Origin: an uncultured Pseudobdellovibrionaceae bacterium
Lineage (GTDB): Bacteria > Bdellovibrionota > Bdellovibrionia > Bdellovibrionales > JAGQZY01
Direction of reading: 5' to 3'
Assembly (NCBI GenBank): GCA_964388755.1
Contig: CAYMBT010000002.1
Span: 1-32,110 of the forward strand
Length of the DNA: 32,110 bases
The translations under genes and the position numbers were made by a program. The first letter of the stretch is position 1; the number at the start of each line of letters is the position of its first letter. Shown piece after piece: positions 7,911-16,534 of the stretch. The notes beneath the pieces were generated by a model. The model saw only the letters and a list, made by a program, of their open reading frames with translations. It did not search any database and was not told where the DNA came from.

Positions 7911-9206
7911 TTATTTATTCACAGGCCGCAGTTGACCTTCTGAAGAGGCTACAATAGTGGCAACGATTGCGTCTCCAGTGACATTGGTTGTTGTTCGAAT
8001 CATATCAAGTATACGGTCCACACCAAGAATAAGAGCGATGCCTGAGCTTGGGACATTGATGGATTCTAAAATCACAACCAACATGATAATTCCAGCCCCT
8101 GGTACTGAAGCCGTACCAATAGATGCAAGGACGGCCGTTAAAATCAGTGTGATTTGATCAGAAAAAGTAAGCTCCATTCCCATCGCCTGAGAAATAAAAA
8201 TAGCGGCTACAGCCTGATACAGCCCTGTGCCGTCCATATTGATCGTAGCTCCTAATGGCAAAACAAAAGACGCCACCTCTTCTGAGACCCCCAGCTCGCT
8301 CTCACATTTTTCAATGGTCAGAGGCAATGTAGCCCCGCTAGAACTTGTTGAAAAAGCAAGAAGCTGTACGGGAGCTAAACCTTTAAAAAATTGGCCAAGA
8401 CTCATAGGTGTAAATAGTTTCAATAGAATTGGATAAAAAATAAGGGAGTGAATAAATAAACCGAGTAGAACTGCAAAACAATAAAGCCCAAGGGCACCTA
8501 AAAGCTCAAGCACTTGGCTCATCCCTTGTCCTGCAAAAGCGGTGACCGTTTTAGCCATCAACGCAAAAACTCCAAGGGGCGCGATCAGCATAATAAGATC
8601 AACCATATTAATAATAACATCATTGGCACTTTGAAAAAAATCAATCATCGGTTGGGCGCGTTTTTTCTCAACCTGAATGAGGCCAATACCAAAGAGAATT
8701 GCAAAGAAAACGATTTGCAACATCGCTTTGTTATCAGATGAGGCCGCAAAAATATTTTCTGGAACCATGTCAATTATAGGTTGCAAAGGAGATGAGTCTT
8801 TCACTTTAGCAACTATACTTTGAGACTCAGCGAGATCATCTTGATAAGCCAACTGCAACTGGTCACGCATTTCAGGGGGCACTGAAAGTCCTGGGTCGAT
8901 AATATTAGCTACTGTCACTCCAATAACGAGGGCGAAGATAGTAGTCATCGTATAAAGGAAGATTGTCTTGCCACCAATACGAGAAAGTTTTCTAAGATCT
9001 GAAAGCGAAGCCACACCGGTGATCAACGAGGCCAACACAAGAGGGACTGCGATCAATTTGAGTAGATTAATAAACAGTGTGCCCCAAGGGTTGATCCAAT
9101 CTTCAGAGAAACCAACAAAATTAAATTGGACTGCGAGGATTCCAAAAAAAGTACCGGCAAAAAGAGCCACTAAAATCTGAAGATGAAGAGGGAATTTTTT
9201 CAGCAT
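7911..9206 (-). CDS. dicarboxylate/amino acid:cation (Na+/H+) symporter, DAACS family
   Basis: SSSGATLP, NMDGT and VDRxxDMxRTxxNVxGD motifs, with about 8 TM segments plus hairpins. The ATG at 9206 (MLKKFPLHLQILVAL..., AGGTG upstream) is preferred to the GTG at 9236. Confidence 0.9.
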   Translation of the reverse strand: MLKKFPLHLQILVALFAGTFFGILAVQFNFVGFSEDWINPWGTLFINLLKLIAVPLVLASLITGVASLSDLRKLSRIGGKTIFLYTMTTIFALVIGVTVANIIDPGLSVPPEMRDQLQLAYQDDLAESQSIVAKVKDSSPLQPIIDMVPENIFAASSDNKAMLQIVFFAILFGIGLIQVEKKRAQPMIDFFQSANDVIINMVDLIMLIAPLGVFALMAKTVTAFAGQGMSQVLELLGALGLYCFAVLLGLFIHSLIFYPILLKLFTPMSLGQFFKGLAPVQLLAFSTSSSGATLPLTIEKCESELGVSEEVASFVLPLGATINMDGTGLYQAVAAIFISQAMGMELTFSDQITLILTAVLASIGTASVPGAGIIMLVVILESINVPSSGIALILGVDRILDMIRTTTNVTGDAIVATIVASSEGQLRPVNK

Positions 9207-9283
9207 TTTTAAAAGCACCTTTCTTAAGGGGTTCACTCATTTCTGCAGAGAAACAATAAACTTGAGTGAAAAATGCAAAAAAA

Positions 9284-10276
9284 TCAAGAATTTACTGACA
9301 TATTCTTAACACAAGCATGGTACTGCTCGGCCGTTTTCCAGAAGATATTCTGAATTGAATCTATTTCATCAATGTTTCCAACACCGTGCCCCGCACTGAA
9401 GGTGTTTTTATAAGAAAGTTTTTGATTTTCTGAACCAAAAAGCGCTCGGCCGGCACGAAGAAGAGAAACGGTTCTTTTTATTCTTTTATTTTGACTGAGA
9501 ATATTATCGATCAAATTGGGTTTCAGCGTCTTCTTTAATTCTTTTGTCAAAATAAAATTACCTGGAAAACCATCCACACGATCCGTGTTTACAATGTCAT
9601 CACACCCAGCTTCAACAATGGCATTTTTGTAATCGTCACTGACCTGAGCTTCAGTGGATGCAATAATACGTGTTCCCATATAAATGCCATCAGCACCAAG
9701 AGCTTGGGCCGCAAGTAAACTTTGGCCATCATTCATGCAACCGGCGGCCACCATAGGAAGCTGAATATGTTTTTTAAGATAAGGGATCAACGCAAAAAGT
9801 GAAATGTCACCGCCATGGCCCCCAGCACCACTCCCCACAACGATCAGACCATCAGCACCTAAATCTTCAACTTTACGAGCATGTTCTAAACCAACAACAT
9901 CGCAAAATACTTTAGTTTTTGTGCCCCGAGTTCGACGAATAATCTCTTTGGGGCTTCCCAGAGATGTGATGATGAGAGGCACTTCGTTTTCAATGGCTTT
10001 TTCGATTTGTTCTTCTTGTGAATGATTGGATTTTTGGACGATGATATTGATTCCAAAAGGTTTTAATTGAAGTTCTTGTTTCAGTTCACCAATCACTTGG
10101 ATATAATTTTCAATAGGTCTAAAATTAAGGGCCGGAAACGTTCCTAAACCACCCGAATGGCTGGCCGCCAGCACCATAGCCTTATTACTGACGAGAAACA
10201 TGGGGGCTCCAATAATAGGATAGTCGATGTTAAACATTTCAGTGATACGGGTTTTTATGGGGCTGGGCTTTTTCAT
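9284..10276 (-). CDS. nitronate monooxygenase (NMO/2-nitropropane dioxygenase, FabK-like) family flavoprotein
   Basis: YPIIGAPM, GSGAGGHGG and AAGCMNDG...GADGIYMGTR motifs. Start moved to the ATG at 10276 (GAGGA upstream). Confidence 0.85.
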   Translation of the reverse strand: MKKPSPIKTRITEMFNIDYPIIGAPMFLVSNKAMVLAASHSGGLGTFPALNFRPIENYIQVIGELKQELQLKPFGINIIVQKSNHSQEEQIEKAIENEVPLIITSLGSPKEIIRRTRGTKTKVFCDVVGLEHARKVEDLGADGLIVVGSGAGGHGGDISLFALIPYLKKHIQLPMVAAGCMNDGQSLLAAQALGADGIYMGTRIIASTEAQVSDDYKNAIVEAGCDDIVNTDRVDGFPGNFILTKELKKTLKPNLIDNILSQNKRIKRTVSLLRAGRALFGSENQKLSYKNTFSAGHGVGNIDEIDSIQNIFWKTAEQYHACVKNMSVNS

Positions 10277-10328
10277 GAATCCTCTTTTTAAGAGATTTAC
10301 AAATATTCTGGCACAGGGTAAATCTTCA

Positions 10329-10814
10329 ATGATGATCAAGCAACTAGAATCTTATTTGTCCCAAGAAGCAAAAGCCAACTTAAGACTTAAAGCCTTTGCA
10401 CTTACAAAAGTACCACTGCTTTTTTTAACTCGAGCCCAAGTCAAAAGTATCAATGACAAAAAATGTGAAATCGATATGCCCTTTTCAAAAATAATTAAAA
10501 ACCATTGGGGCAGTGTATACTTTGGTGCTCTCGCCATTGGCGCTGACGCCTGCGTTGGCTTACTGGCCACCTATAAAATCGATCAATCTGGCGAAAGTGT
10601 AAGCCTCGTTTTTAAATCTTTTAAAGCCTCGTTTTTAAAAAGAGCCATGGGTCGAACAACATTTGTTTGCGATGAGGGTCAAGCCATCGATGAGCTTCTT
10701 GAGCGCACATTACAAAGTGATCAAAGACAACATAAAACTATTAAGGCCTATGCCCTTGTTGATCAAGAACGGGTGGCTGAATTTGAACTGGAATTATCTC
10801 TCAAGAGAAAATAA
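10329..10814 (+). CDS. DUF4442-like hotdog-fold (thioesterase-like) protein
   Basis: NHWGSVYFGALAIGADACVG resembles the DUF4442 core as I recall it. Start moved to the ATG-ATG at 10329 to remove the overlap with the divergent NMO gene. Confidence 0.6.
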   Translation: MMIKQLESYLSQEAKANLRLKAFALTKVPLLFLTRAQVKSINDKKCEIDMPFSKIIKNHWGSVYFGALAIGADACVGLLATYKIDQSGESVSLVFKSFKASFLKRAMGRTTFVCDEGQAIDELLERTLQSDQRQHKTIKAYALVDQERVAEFELELSLKRK

Positions 10815-11094
10815 TTTTTATTGGCTTTATCCTATTGAGCTCAACTTTAGTATTGATTGTGTCAAAATAAAACGTTTTAAAAAATCTAAATAAGTACATC
10901 AACACTTCTTTTTATGACTTTCTTCTTTTTTATTATAGACTTTCATCCTTATTTTTTCTCATTTTAACAATTCCTTACTACCCTTTTTTATTTATTTTTT
11001 TTATTTAAAAAAAAAGACCGAAATCACGACTCAAGTCGAGCCCATTTTTTTAAAAAAAAATCAATAAATCCGATAAGTTGTGAAAGTTAAAACT

Positions 11095-12456
11095 ATGAAA
11101 AATAAATACTTAATAATTTTCATTTTTCTAATCATGAGTTGTGGAATCGATAAAGAAGGTTCTGCACCTCTGTCTTCTGTTCTCTCTAGCGGAGAACTTG
11201 ATCCAACTTTTTATAATTCAGGCTTTCTCGCTCTCAACAACGCTGCTGGCGGCAATGATGATGATTTTATTTATGGAATTGCAAAAGATTATAATGATCG
11301 AATTATTGCTGTTGGAAGTTCAGTGAATTCTTTAGGGAACACTGATCTTGTTGTCTGGCGATTTACAAGTGACGGCGTGCTTGACACATCTTTCAGTGGT
11401 GATGGAAAAATGACTCACGACAACGCCGCTGGTGGCAACAGTGATGATGTTGGGTATGGAGTCGCCATTAGTGGTGCCAACGAAATTTATATCACAGGTT
11501 ACTCGATCAATGGTGCCGGCAACCGAGATATGGTGGTATGGAAGCTCACAAGTTCTGGTGCTCTTGATACGAGCTTTAACACAACAGGAGTTTTTGTTCA
11601 CGATGGTGCAGCCGGCGGAAACTTACAAGATCAGGGGCAAAAAATTGCACTGATGAGCAATGGCAGCGTTGTTGTCGCAGGCTTCTCTGATCAAAATCTA
11701 ACCAACCGAGATATGGCTGTCTGGAAGCTCACAAGCTCTGGCGCCCTAGATACAAGTTTTAACACCACTGGATATGTCACTGATGATGGAGCAGCCGGAG
11801 GCAACAACGAATGGGCCAATTCACTCAAAATCGATGCCAGTAATAATATCTATGTAGCCGGTCAAGCAGAAACCATGGCAACATCATTTGATATGGCCCT
11901 GTGGAAGTTCACAACAAACGGCGCACTGGATACAAGTTTTAATTCAACAGGAATCTACACCCAAGGTAATATTGCAGGTGGTAATGGAATTGATGTGGCC
12001 ACTGATCTTGTGTTTGATAGCGAAGGTTCAATCTACGTTTCGGGTTACTCTCTCAACTCTTCAGGCAACAACGACATGGTGGTGTGGAAATTCAATACAA
12101 GTGGCACACTGAATACCGACTTTAATGCAACTGGAATTGTCATGTTTGATGTCTCAAGTGTATTCGGAGGCGCCATCAATGATATCGCCCATTCACTTTT
12201 GATTGATAGCCAAGGTAAAATTGTTGTTGTTGGAACAGGGAATGATGACCTAGTGCTTTGGCGCTTTAATACCAATGGCGAATTGGATACCAGCTTTAAT
12301 GTGGATGGATTCTTCTCCCATGATTCAGCCGCCGGTGGATTTGGCACTGATTCTGGTGTTTCGATTCTGCAAGATCCTTTGAATAGGCTTTATATCGGCG
12401 GTTTTTCACGCAACAGCTCAGGAAATTTCGATGCTGTTATTTGGCGTCTTCGCTAA
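11095..12456 (+). CDS. delta-60 repeat lipoprotein (predicted 7-bladed beta-propeller)
   Basis: Signal peptide with lipobox IMSC|G, then seven roughly 61-aa repeats of the form G.LD.SFN..G......AAGGN.D........(D)MVVWK. The ATG at 11095 is preferred to the GTG at 11080. Confidence 0.8.
   Translation: MKNKYLIIFIFLIMSCGIDKEGSAPLSSVLSSGELDPTFYNSGFLALNNAAGGNDDDFIYGIAKDYNDRIIAVGSSVNSLGNTDLVVWRFTSDGVLDTSFSGDGKMTHDNAAGGNSDDVGYGVAISGANEIYITGYSINGAGNRDMVVWKLTSSGALDTSFNTTGVFVHDGAAGGNLQDQGQKIALMSNGSVVVAGFSDQNLTNRDMAVWKLTSSGALDTSFNTTGYVTDDGAAGGNNEWANSLKIDASNNIYVAGQAETMATSFDMALWKFTTNGALDTSFNSTGIYTQGNIAGGNGIDVATDLVFDSEGSIYVSGYSLNSSGNNDMVVWKFNTSGTLNTDFNATGIVMFDVSSVFGGAINDIAHSLLIDSQGKIVVVGTGNDDLVLWRFNTNGELDTSFNVDGFFSHDSAAGGFGTDSGVSILQDPLNRLYIGGFSRNSSGNFDAVIWRLR
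11191..12453 (+). repeat. seven tandem ~183-nt (about 61-codon) intragenic repeats (delta-60 repeat units)
   Basis: The LD(T/P)(S/T/D)F motif recurs about every 60 residues. Units 3 and 4 also align at DNA level (aaccgagatatgg...ctggaagctcacaag...gatac.ag.tttaacac), with mostly synonymous differences. Confidence 0.85.
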
Positions 12457-12580
12457 AATTACCTAAACTTATTTTTTTCTAGAGTTTCACAAATTTTAAG
12501 ACCTTTTGAACTTGCCTTGATTCCCAGCGCAGTGTACTTTTTCCAATTCCTTAGCACCTTAAATATAGGAGACCCATATT

Positions 12581-14371
12581 ATGCGCTCTCGATCAATTCT
12601 CTTGGCTCTAACACTGATCACCACTGCTTCTTGCCAACCTCAAGCTTCCAAAAAAAATATTTCAGAATTTTTAGTTGAGGCTAATCAAAAAATTAAAGAT
12701 GAAAGTCATTCGGCCAGCGTCGCTAGCTGGGTGCATGCGAATTTTATTACTGAAGATACCACCCGAATCTCATCAGAATATAATGCCCGCTTTTCAAATG
12801 CTGTTACTCAACTCGCCATCGAATCTAAAAATTTTAAAACGGGTTCTAGTGATGAGCTTCGACAAATCACTCAACTGGCTAAAGTTCTGGTGGTGCCATC
12901 ACCCAATGACGAAGCTAAAAATAAAACCCTCAATAATTTGAAGTCAGAACTAGAATCCATTTATGGTAGCGGAAAGTTTTGTGAAACCAAAGACAAGTGT
13001 TCTACCCTGGGTGACCTTGAAAAGATTATGGCAAAATCCAGAAACCCTGACGAACTTCTTAAAGCATGGAACGGCTGGCATACTGTCGCCTACCCGATGA
13101 AAGACAAATATCGCACCACTGTTGAAATGGGTAATCTCGGTTCCCGCGAATTGGGTTATAAAGATATGGCTGATCTTTGGAAGTCGAATTACGATATGAC
13201 CTCCGACGATTTTGAAAAAGAGTTGGATCGCCTTTGGGGAGAGATCAACCCCTTTTACGAGCAACTGCATTGCTTTGTTCGCTCAAAGCTCAATGAAAAG
13301 TATGGTGATATTGTTGATCCCAAAGGCCCAATCCCAGCTCATTTGCTTGGAAACATGTGGGCCCAATCTTGGGATAATATTTCTGATATTATAGGTCTTG
13401 ATGAATCCAAATCCATTGATATCACAACACTCCTGAAAAAATCCCAATACAGCTCTCAACAGATGGTTAAAACTTCAGAGAACTTTTTTGTGTCTTTGGG
13501 AATGCCACAGCTTCCGGAGAGTTTTTATCAAAAATCACTTTTCGAAAAACCAAAAGACCGGGATGTGGTTTGTCACGCTTCTGCTTGGCATATGGACCTT
13601 GAAGATGATGTTCGTATTAAGATGTGTATTGAAAATGACGAAGACAACTTTCGCACGATTCACCATGAACTGGGTCACATTTATTATTATTTAGCTTATA
13701 AGGATCAACCTGCACTTTACCAAGCCAGTGCCAATGATGGTTTTCATGAGGCTCTTGGAGACACCATCGAATTATCAATAACAGCTGATTATCTTAAAAA
13801 AATAAAACTGCTTTCTGAAAACACTCAGCTATCCTCTGATCCTAATCCAGGACTGATGCGTATGGCTTTAGCAAAAGTTGCATTTTTACCGTTCGGTTTA
13901 TTGATAGATAAATACCGTTGGCAAATATTTGATGGACGCACATCCTTTGAAAACTACAACAAAGACTGGTGGAAACTGCGAGAAAAATATCAAGGTGTTA
14001 AAGCGCCGAGTGATCGACCCTCCGAAGCTTTTGATGCCGGAGCAAAATATCATATTCCTGGATACACGCCCTACTCGCGTTATTTTTTAGCCCACGTACT
14101 GCAGTTTCAACTTCACCGCTCACTATGCCAAACAGCTGGGCATAAGGGTCCACTTCATGAATGCTCTATTTATGGAAGCCTTGAAGCCGGCGAAAAACTT
14201 TGGACCATGATGAAGCTTGGTTCCAGCCAACCCTGGCCCAAAGCATTGGCCACAGTCACAGGTAGCGAGTCTATGGATGCCAGTGCTATGAGAGAGTATT
14301 TTAAGCCCCTTGAAGCCTGGCTGATTGAGAAAAATAAAGGCAAACAGTGTGGCTGGACTCTGAGCGAGTAA
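12581..14371 (+). CDS. M2 family zinc peptidyl-dipeptidase (angiotensin-converting-enzyme-like), exported, possible lipoprotein
   Basis: HHELGH (aa 361-366, nt 13661-13678) and FHEALGD (Glu390). The His-to-Glu spacing of 24 residues matches ACE. Signal peptide ends ...TTASC; AGGAG RBS. Confidence 0.9.
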   Translation: MRSRSILLALTLITTASCQPQASKKNISEFLVEANQKIKDESHSASVASWVHANFITEDTTRISSEYNARFSNAVTQLAIESKNFKTGSSDELRQITQLAKVLVVPSPNDEAKNKTLNNLKSELESIYGSGKFCETKDKCSTLGDLEKIMAKSRNPDELLKAWNGWHTVAYPMKDKYRTTVEMGNLGSRELGYKDMADLWKSNYDMTSDDFEKELDRLWGEINPFYEQLHCFVRSKLNEKYGDIVDPKGPIPAHLLGNMWAQSWDNISDIIGLDESKSIDITTLLKKSQYSSQQMVKTSENFFVSLGMPQLPESFYQKSLFEKPKDRDVVCHASAWHMDLEDDVRIKMCIENDEDNFRTIHHELGHIYYYLAYKDQPALYQASANDGFHEALGDTIELSITADYLKKIKLLSENTQLSSDPNPGLMRMALAKVAFLPFGLLIDKYRWQIFDGRTSFENYNKDWWKLREKYQGVKAPSDRPSEAFDAGAKYHIPGYTPYSRYFLAHVLQFQLHRSLCQTAGHKGPLHECSIYGSLEAGEKLWTMMKLGSSQPWPKALATVTGSESMDASAMREYFKPLEAWLIEKNKGKQCGWTLSE

Positions 14372-14422
14372 TGGATGGGGTCCGATTGACCCCTTAGCCC
14401 TTACGAGTTGCAATAGAGTACT

Positions 14423-14992
14423 GTGCTAAAACTTATTCCTCTATATGCCCTACTTTTTTTTATCTCTGGATGTGTGACAGATCCAGAGATCGATGAAAAT
14501 CTGGATGATCAATTTCCAAAAAGTCCACCTTCAGTCTACACACAATACAAATCGGTGGAAAATCAGTACAACGATATTGATCTTAATTCACTCTCCCAGG
14601 AGTTAAACATGGGGCGCAGTTTACAAACTCTAGGTTATTATGAAAAATTATTTAATACCTGTAAAGTGAAATCCAATAAATCTCCACGGCCCTATTGTGA
14701 GAACCTGTATTTTTCACAACTTCATTTTCATATGATGTGTCGGGACACGACCGGGACAGTTGAAACTGTCCAACTGACTCCTCTCTTTAGCGATCAGCTG
14801 CGCTGGAAAAGTCATGGACACAAAGGCTTTACCCAAACCAACTCTCAGGGTTTTGGAAGACTGGATTTTGTTTCAAAGCACTCAGCCAGGCATGATCATC
14901 TTTATTTTTATATCGGCAATAAGATTGCTCGAAAAAGCTTTAAAGATTTCTGGAAACTCATCTTGCCTCAAGCTTGGTGCGCTGAACATTGA
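14423..14992 (+). CDS. hypothetical Cys-containing lipoprotein
   Basis: GTG start, signal peptide with canonical lipobox FFISG|C, and further cysteines in the mature part. No family recognised. Confidence 0.55.
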   Translation: MLKLIPLYALLFFISGCVTDPEIDENLDDQFPKSPPSVYTQYKSVENQYNDIDLNSLSQELNMGRSLQTLGYYEKLFNTCKVKSNKSPRPYCENLYFSQLHFHMMCRDTTGTVETVQLTPLFSDQLRWKSHGHKGFTQTNSQGFGRLDFVSKHSARHDHLYFYIGNKIARKSFKDFWKLILPQAWCAEH

Positions 14993-15040
14993 TTTATCTC
15001 AAGAGGATCATCATCCTATCATAAAAGGATAACTCAAATC

Positions 15041-16534
15041 ATGAATCAGGTTTTGGAATTTTTAAGGCCCAAGTCTTCAATTCTCATTTTTTTTATCCTC
15101 TGTACTTTCAGCACTTTTATTTTTCTATACCTGAGCGCCACTTACTTTATTTCTCATTCTGAGTTCTGGGCTATTGCATCCGCAAGACTTCTTGGGGAAA
15201 CCATTGGTGAGGCTATTGTGGTTTACTACAAGACCTTTTTTTATGCTTTATTAAAAATATTTTATTTTTTTCCAATGAATAATTTAGATCATATTCATTA
15301 CTCACGACTTGCCTTTGGACTTTTAGCTGCAACGAACCTGATCTTACTTTTAGTTAATATAATTTGGATCACAGGTACCTACAGGGCCTCGATTCTTTAT
15401 TGGTTTTTTCTGATGACTTTACAAGTTTATCTTTGTCATGCTTTTCGGGTTCGCGCCGATGTGGTGTCATCTTTACTGATTTTGATTTTTTATAGCATCG
15501 TGAACTTGAATTATTTGAAGAACAAAAAAACTTCACTCCTGAACCCAGTTTATCTCGTTCTTTTAACTCTTGCTTTTTTATCCACCCCCAAAGCGGTTTT
15601 TTTACTTTTTGCTTTTGTGATTTATTCGCTTTGCCTGAATCAACAAAACCTGACTCGCCTTGAAATTGTCCTTTTTGCCCTGATTCATTTGTTTTTTCCG
15701 CTGGGACTATTACTGAGTATTTCATCCCTACTATTTCAGACTGGAGTTTTTGTAGAAAATCCTTACACCCTGGCCTTACAGTATCAGATCAACACCACTC
15801 GTGACCTTTTTTTAAGTCAAAATTGGTCCCATGTTTTTTTAAGTTTAAAAGCCAACTTTTTTCACTATTTATTAATTATTTCGGGCTACTTTATTTTCTT
15901 TAAAAATAAAGAATTAAAAAACGATCGGCTTGCCTTTTCTCAAGTCATCTTAAGTCTTCTGATATTAGTGATGACTTTTATTCAGGCTGAAAAGTGGCCT
16001 TATTTTTTAGCCCAAATGATTCCCTTGATTGGATTACCCGCTTTATTTGTTTTTAATTATTTTAAAAAGCCTTATCAATCTCTCATCATTTCATTAACTC
16101 TGATTGCAACTCCAATGATTATGTTTATTCCACAAACTCTTTTCCCCCATAATAGAGAGCAGTACTCCACCATCAGTGAACTCGAAGAGCTTTTTAGAAT
16201 ACTTCCAGAGGCTAACTATTTTGATAGTGTAGGGGCCCTACCACGCTATCCCTCAAAGATGTGGTTTCTTGGACCCAGCGACCCGCTTTCGAGAACCTAC
16301 ACCTTAGAAAACATTAAAAGAGAACCCACAGATTTTATTTTTTATACCTCTAAAGTGGACCTTGCATCCCCAGAAATTTTAACAATACTTCATCAAAATT
16401 ATTTTTTACTGCAAAACAATATTTGGATTTTAAATAAACATGCTGAAATATTTAAAAGCAATTCACCAAAGCTTAAGATCACTTCTTTAGAATTTCTTTT
16501 TATTTATGATTACTTACCAGTCACTCGGTTTTAA
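15041..16534 (+). CDS. polytopic membrane protein, candidate GT-C (ArnT/PMT_2-like) glycosyltransferase
   Basis: At least 10 predicted TM helices plus a C-terminal soluble domain of about 120 aa. Loop-1 SEFWAIASARLLGE, then YYKTFFYALL, then HYSRLAFGLLAATNLILLL resemble the DE..A..AR.M / KPPL.YW / RLPSAL.G pattern of ArnT/PMT-type enzymes. This is a by-eye assignment. Confidence 0.5.
   Translation: MNQVLEFLRPKSSILIFFILCTFSTFIFLYLSATYFISHSEFWAIASARLLGETIGEAIVVYYKTFFYALLKIFYFFPMNNLDHIHYSRLAFGLLAATNLILLLVNIIWITGTYRASILYWFFLMTLQVYLCHAFRVRADVVSSLLILIFYSIVNLNYLKNKKTSLLNPVYLVLLTLAFLSTPKAVFLLFAFVIYSLCLNQQNLTRLEIVLFALIHLFFPLGLLLSISSLLFQTGVFVENPYTLALQYQINTTRDLFLSQNWSHVFLSLKANFFHYLLIISGYFIFFKNKELKNDRLAFSQVILSLLILVMTFIQAEKWPYFLAQMIPLIGLPALFVFNYFKKPYQSLIISLTLIATPMIMFIPQTLFPHNREQYSTISELEELFRILPEANYFDSVGALPRYPSKMWFLGPSDPLSRTYTLENIKREPTDFIFYTSKVDLASPEILTILHQNYFLLQNNIWILNKHAEIFKSNSPKLKITSLEFLFIYDYLPVTRF

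Noticed and set aside
10227-10339. Mutually overlapping N-terminal extensions of the NMO (to 10339) and DUF4442 (from 10227) ORFs
   Set aside because: Internal ATGs with upstream purine-rich RBS-like sequences (10276 and 10329) give family-typical N-termini and a normal 52-nt divergent spacer.
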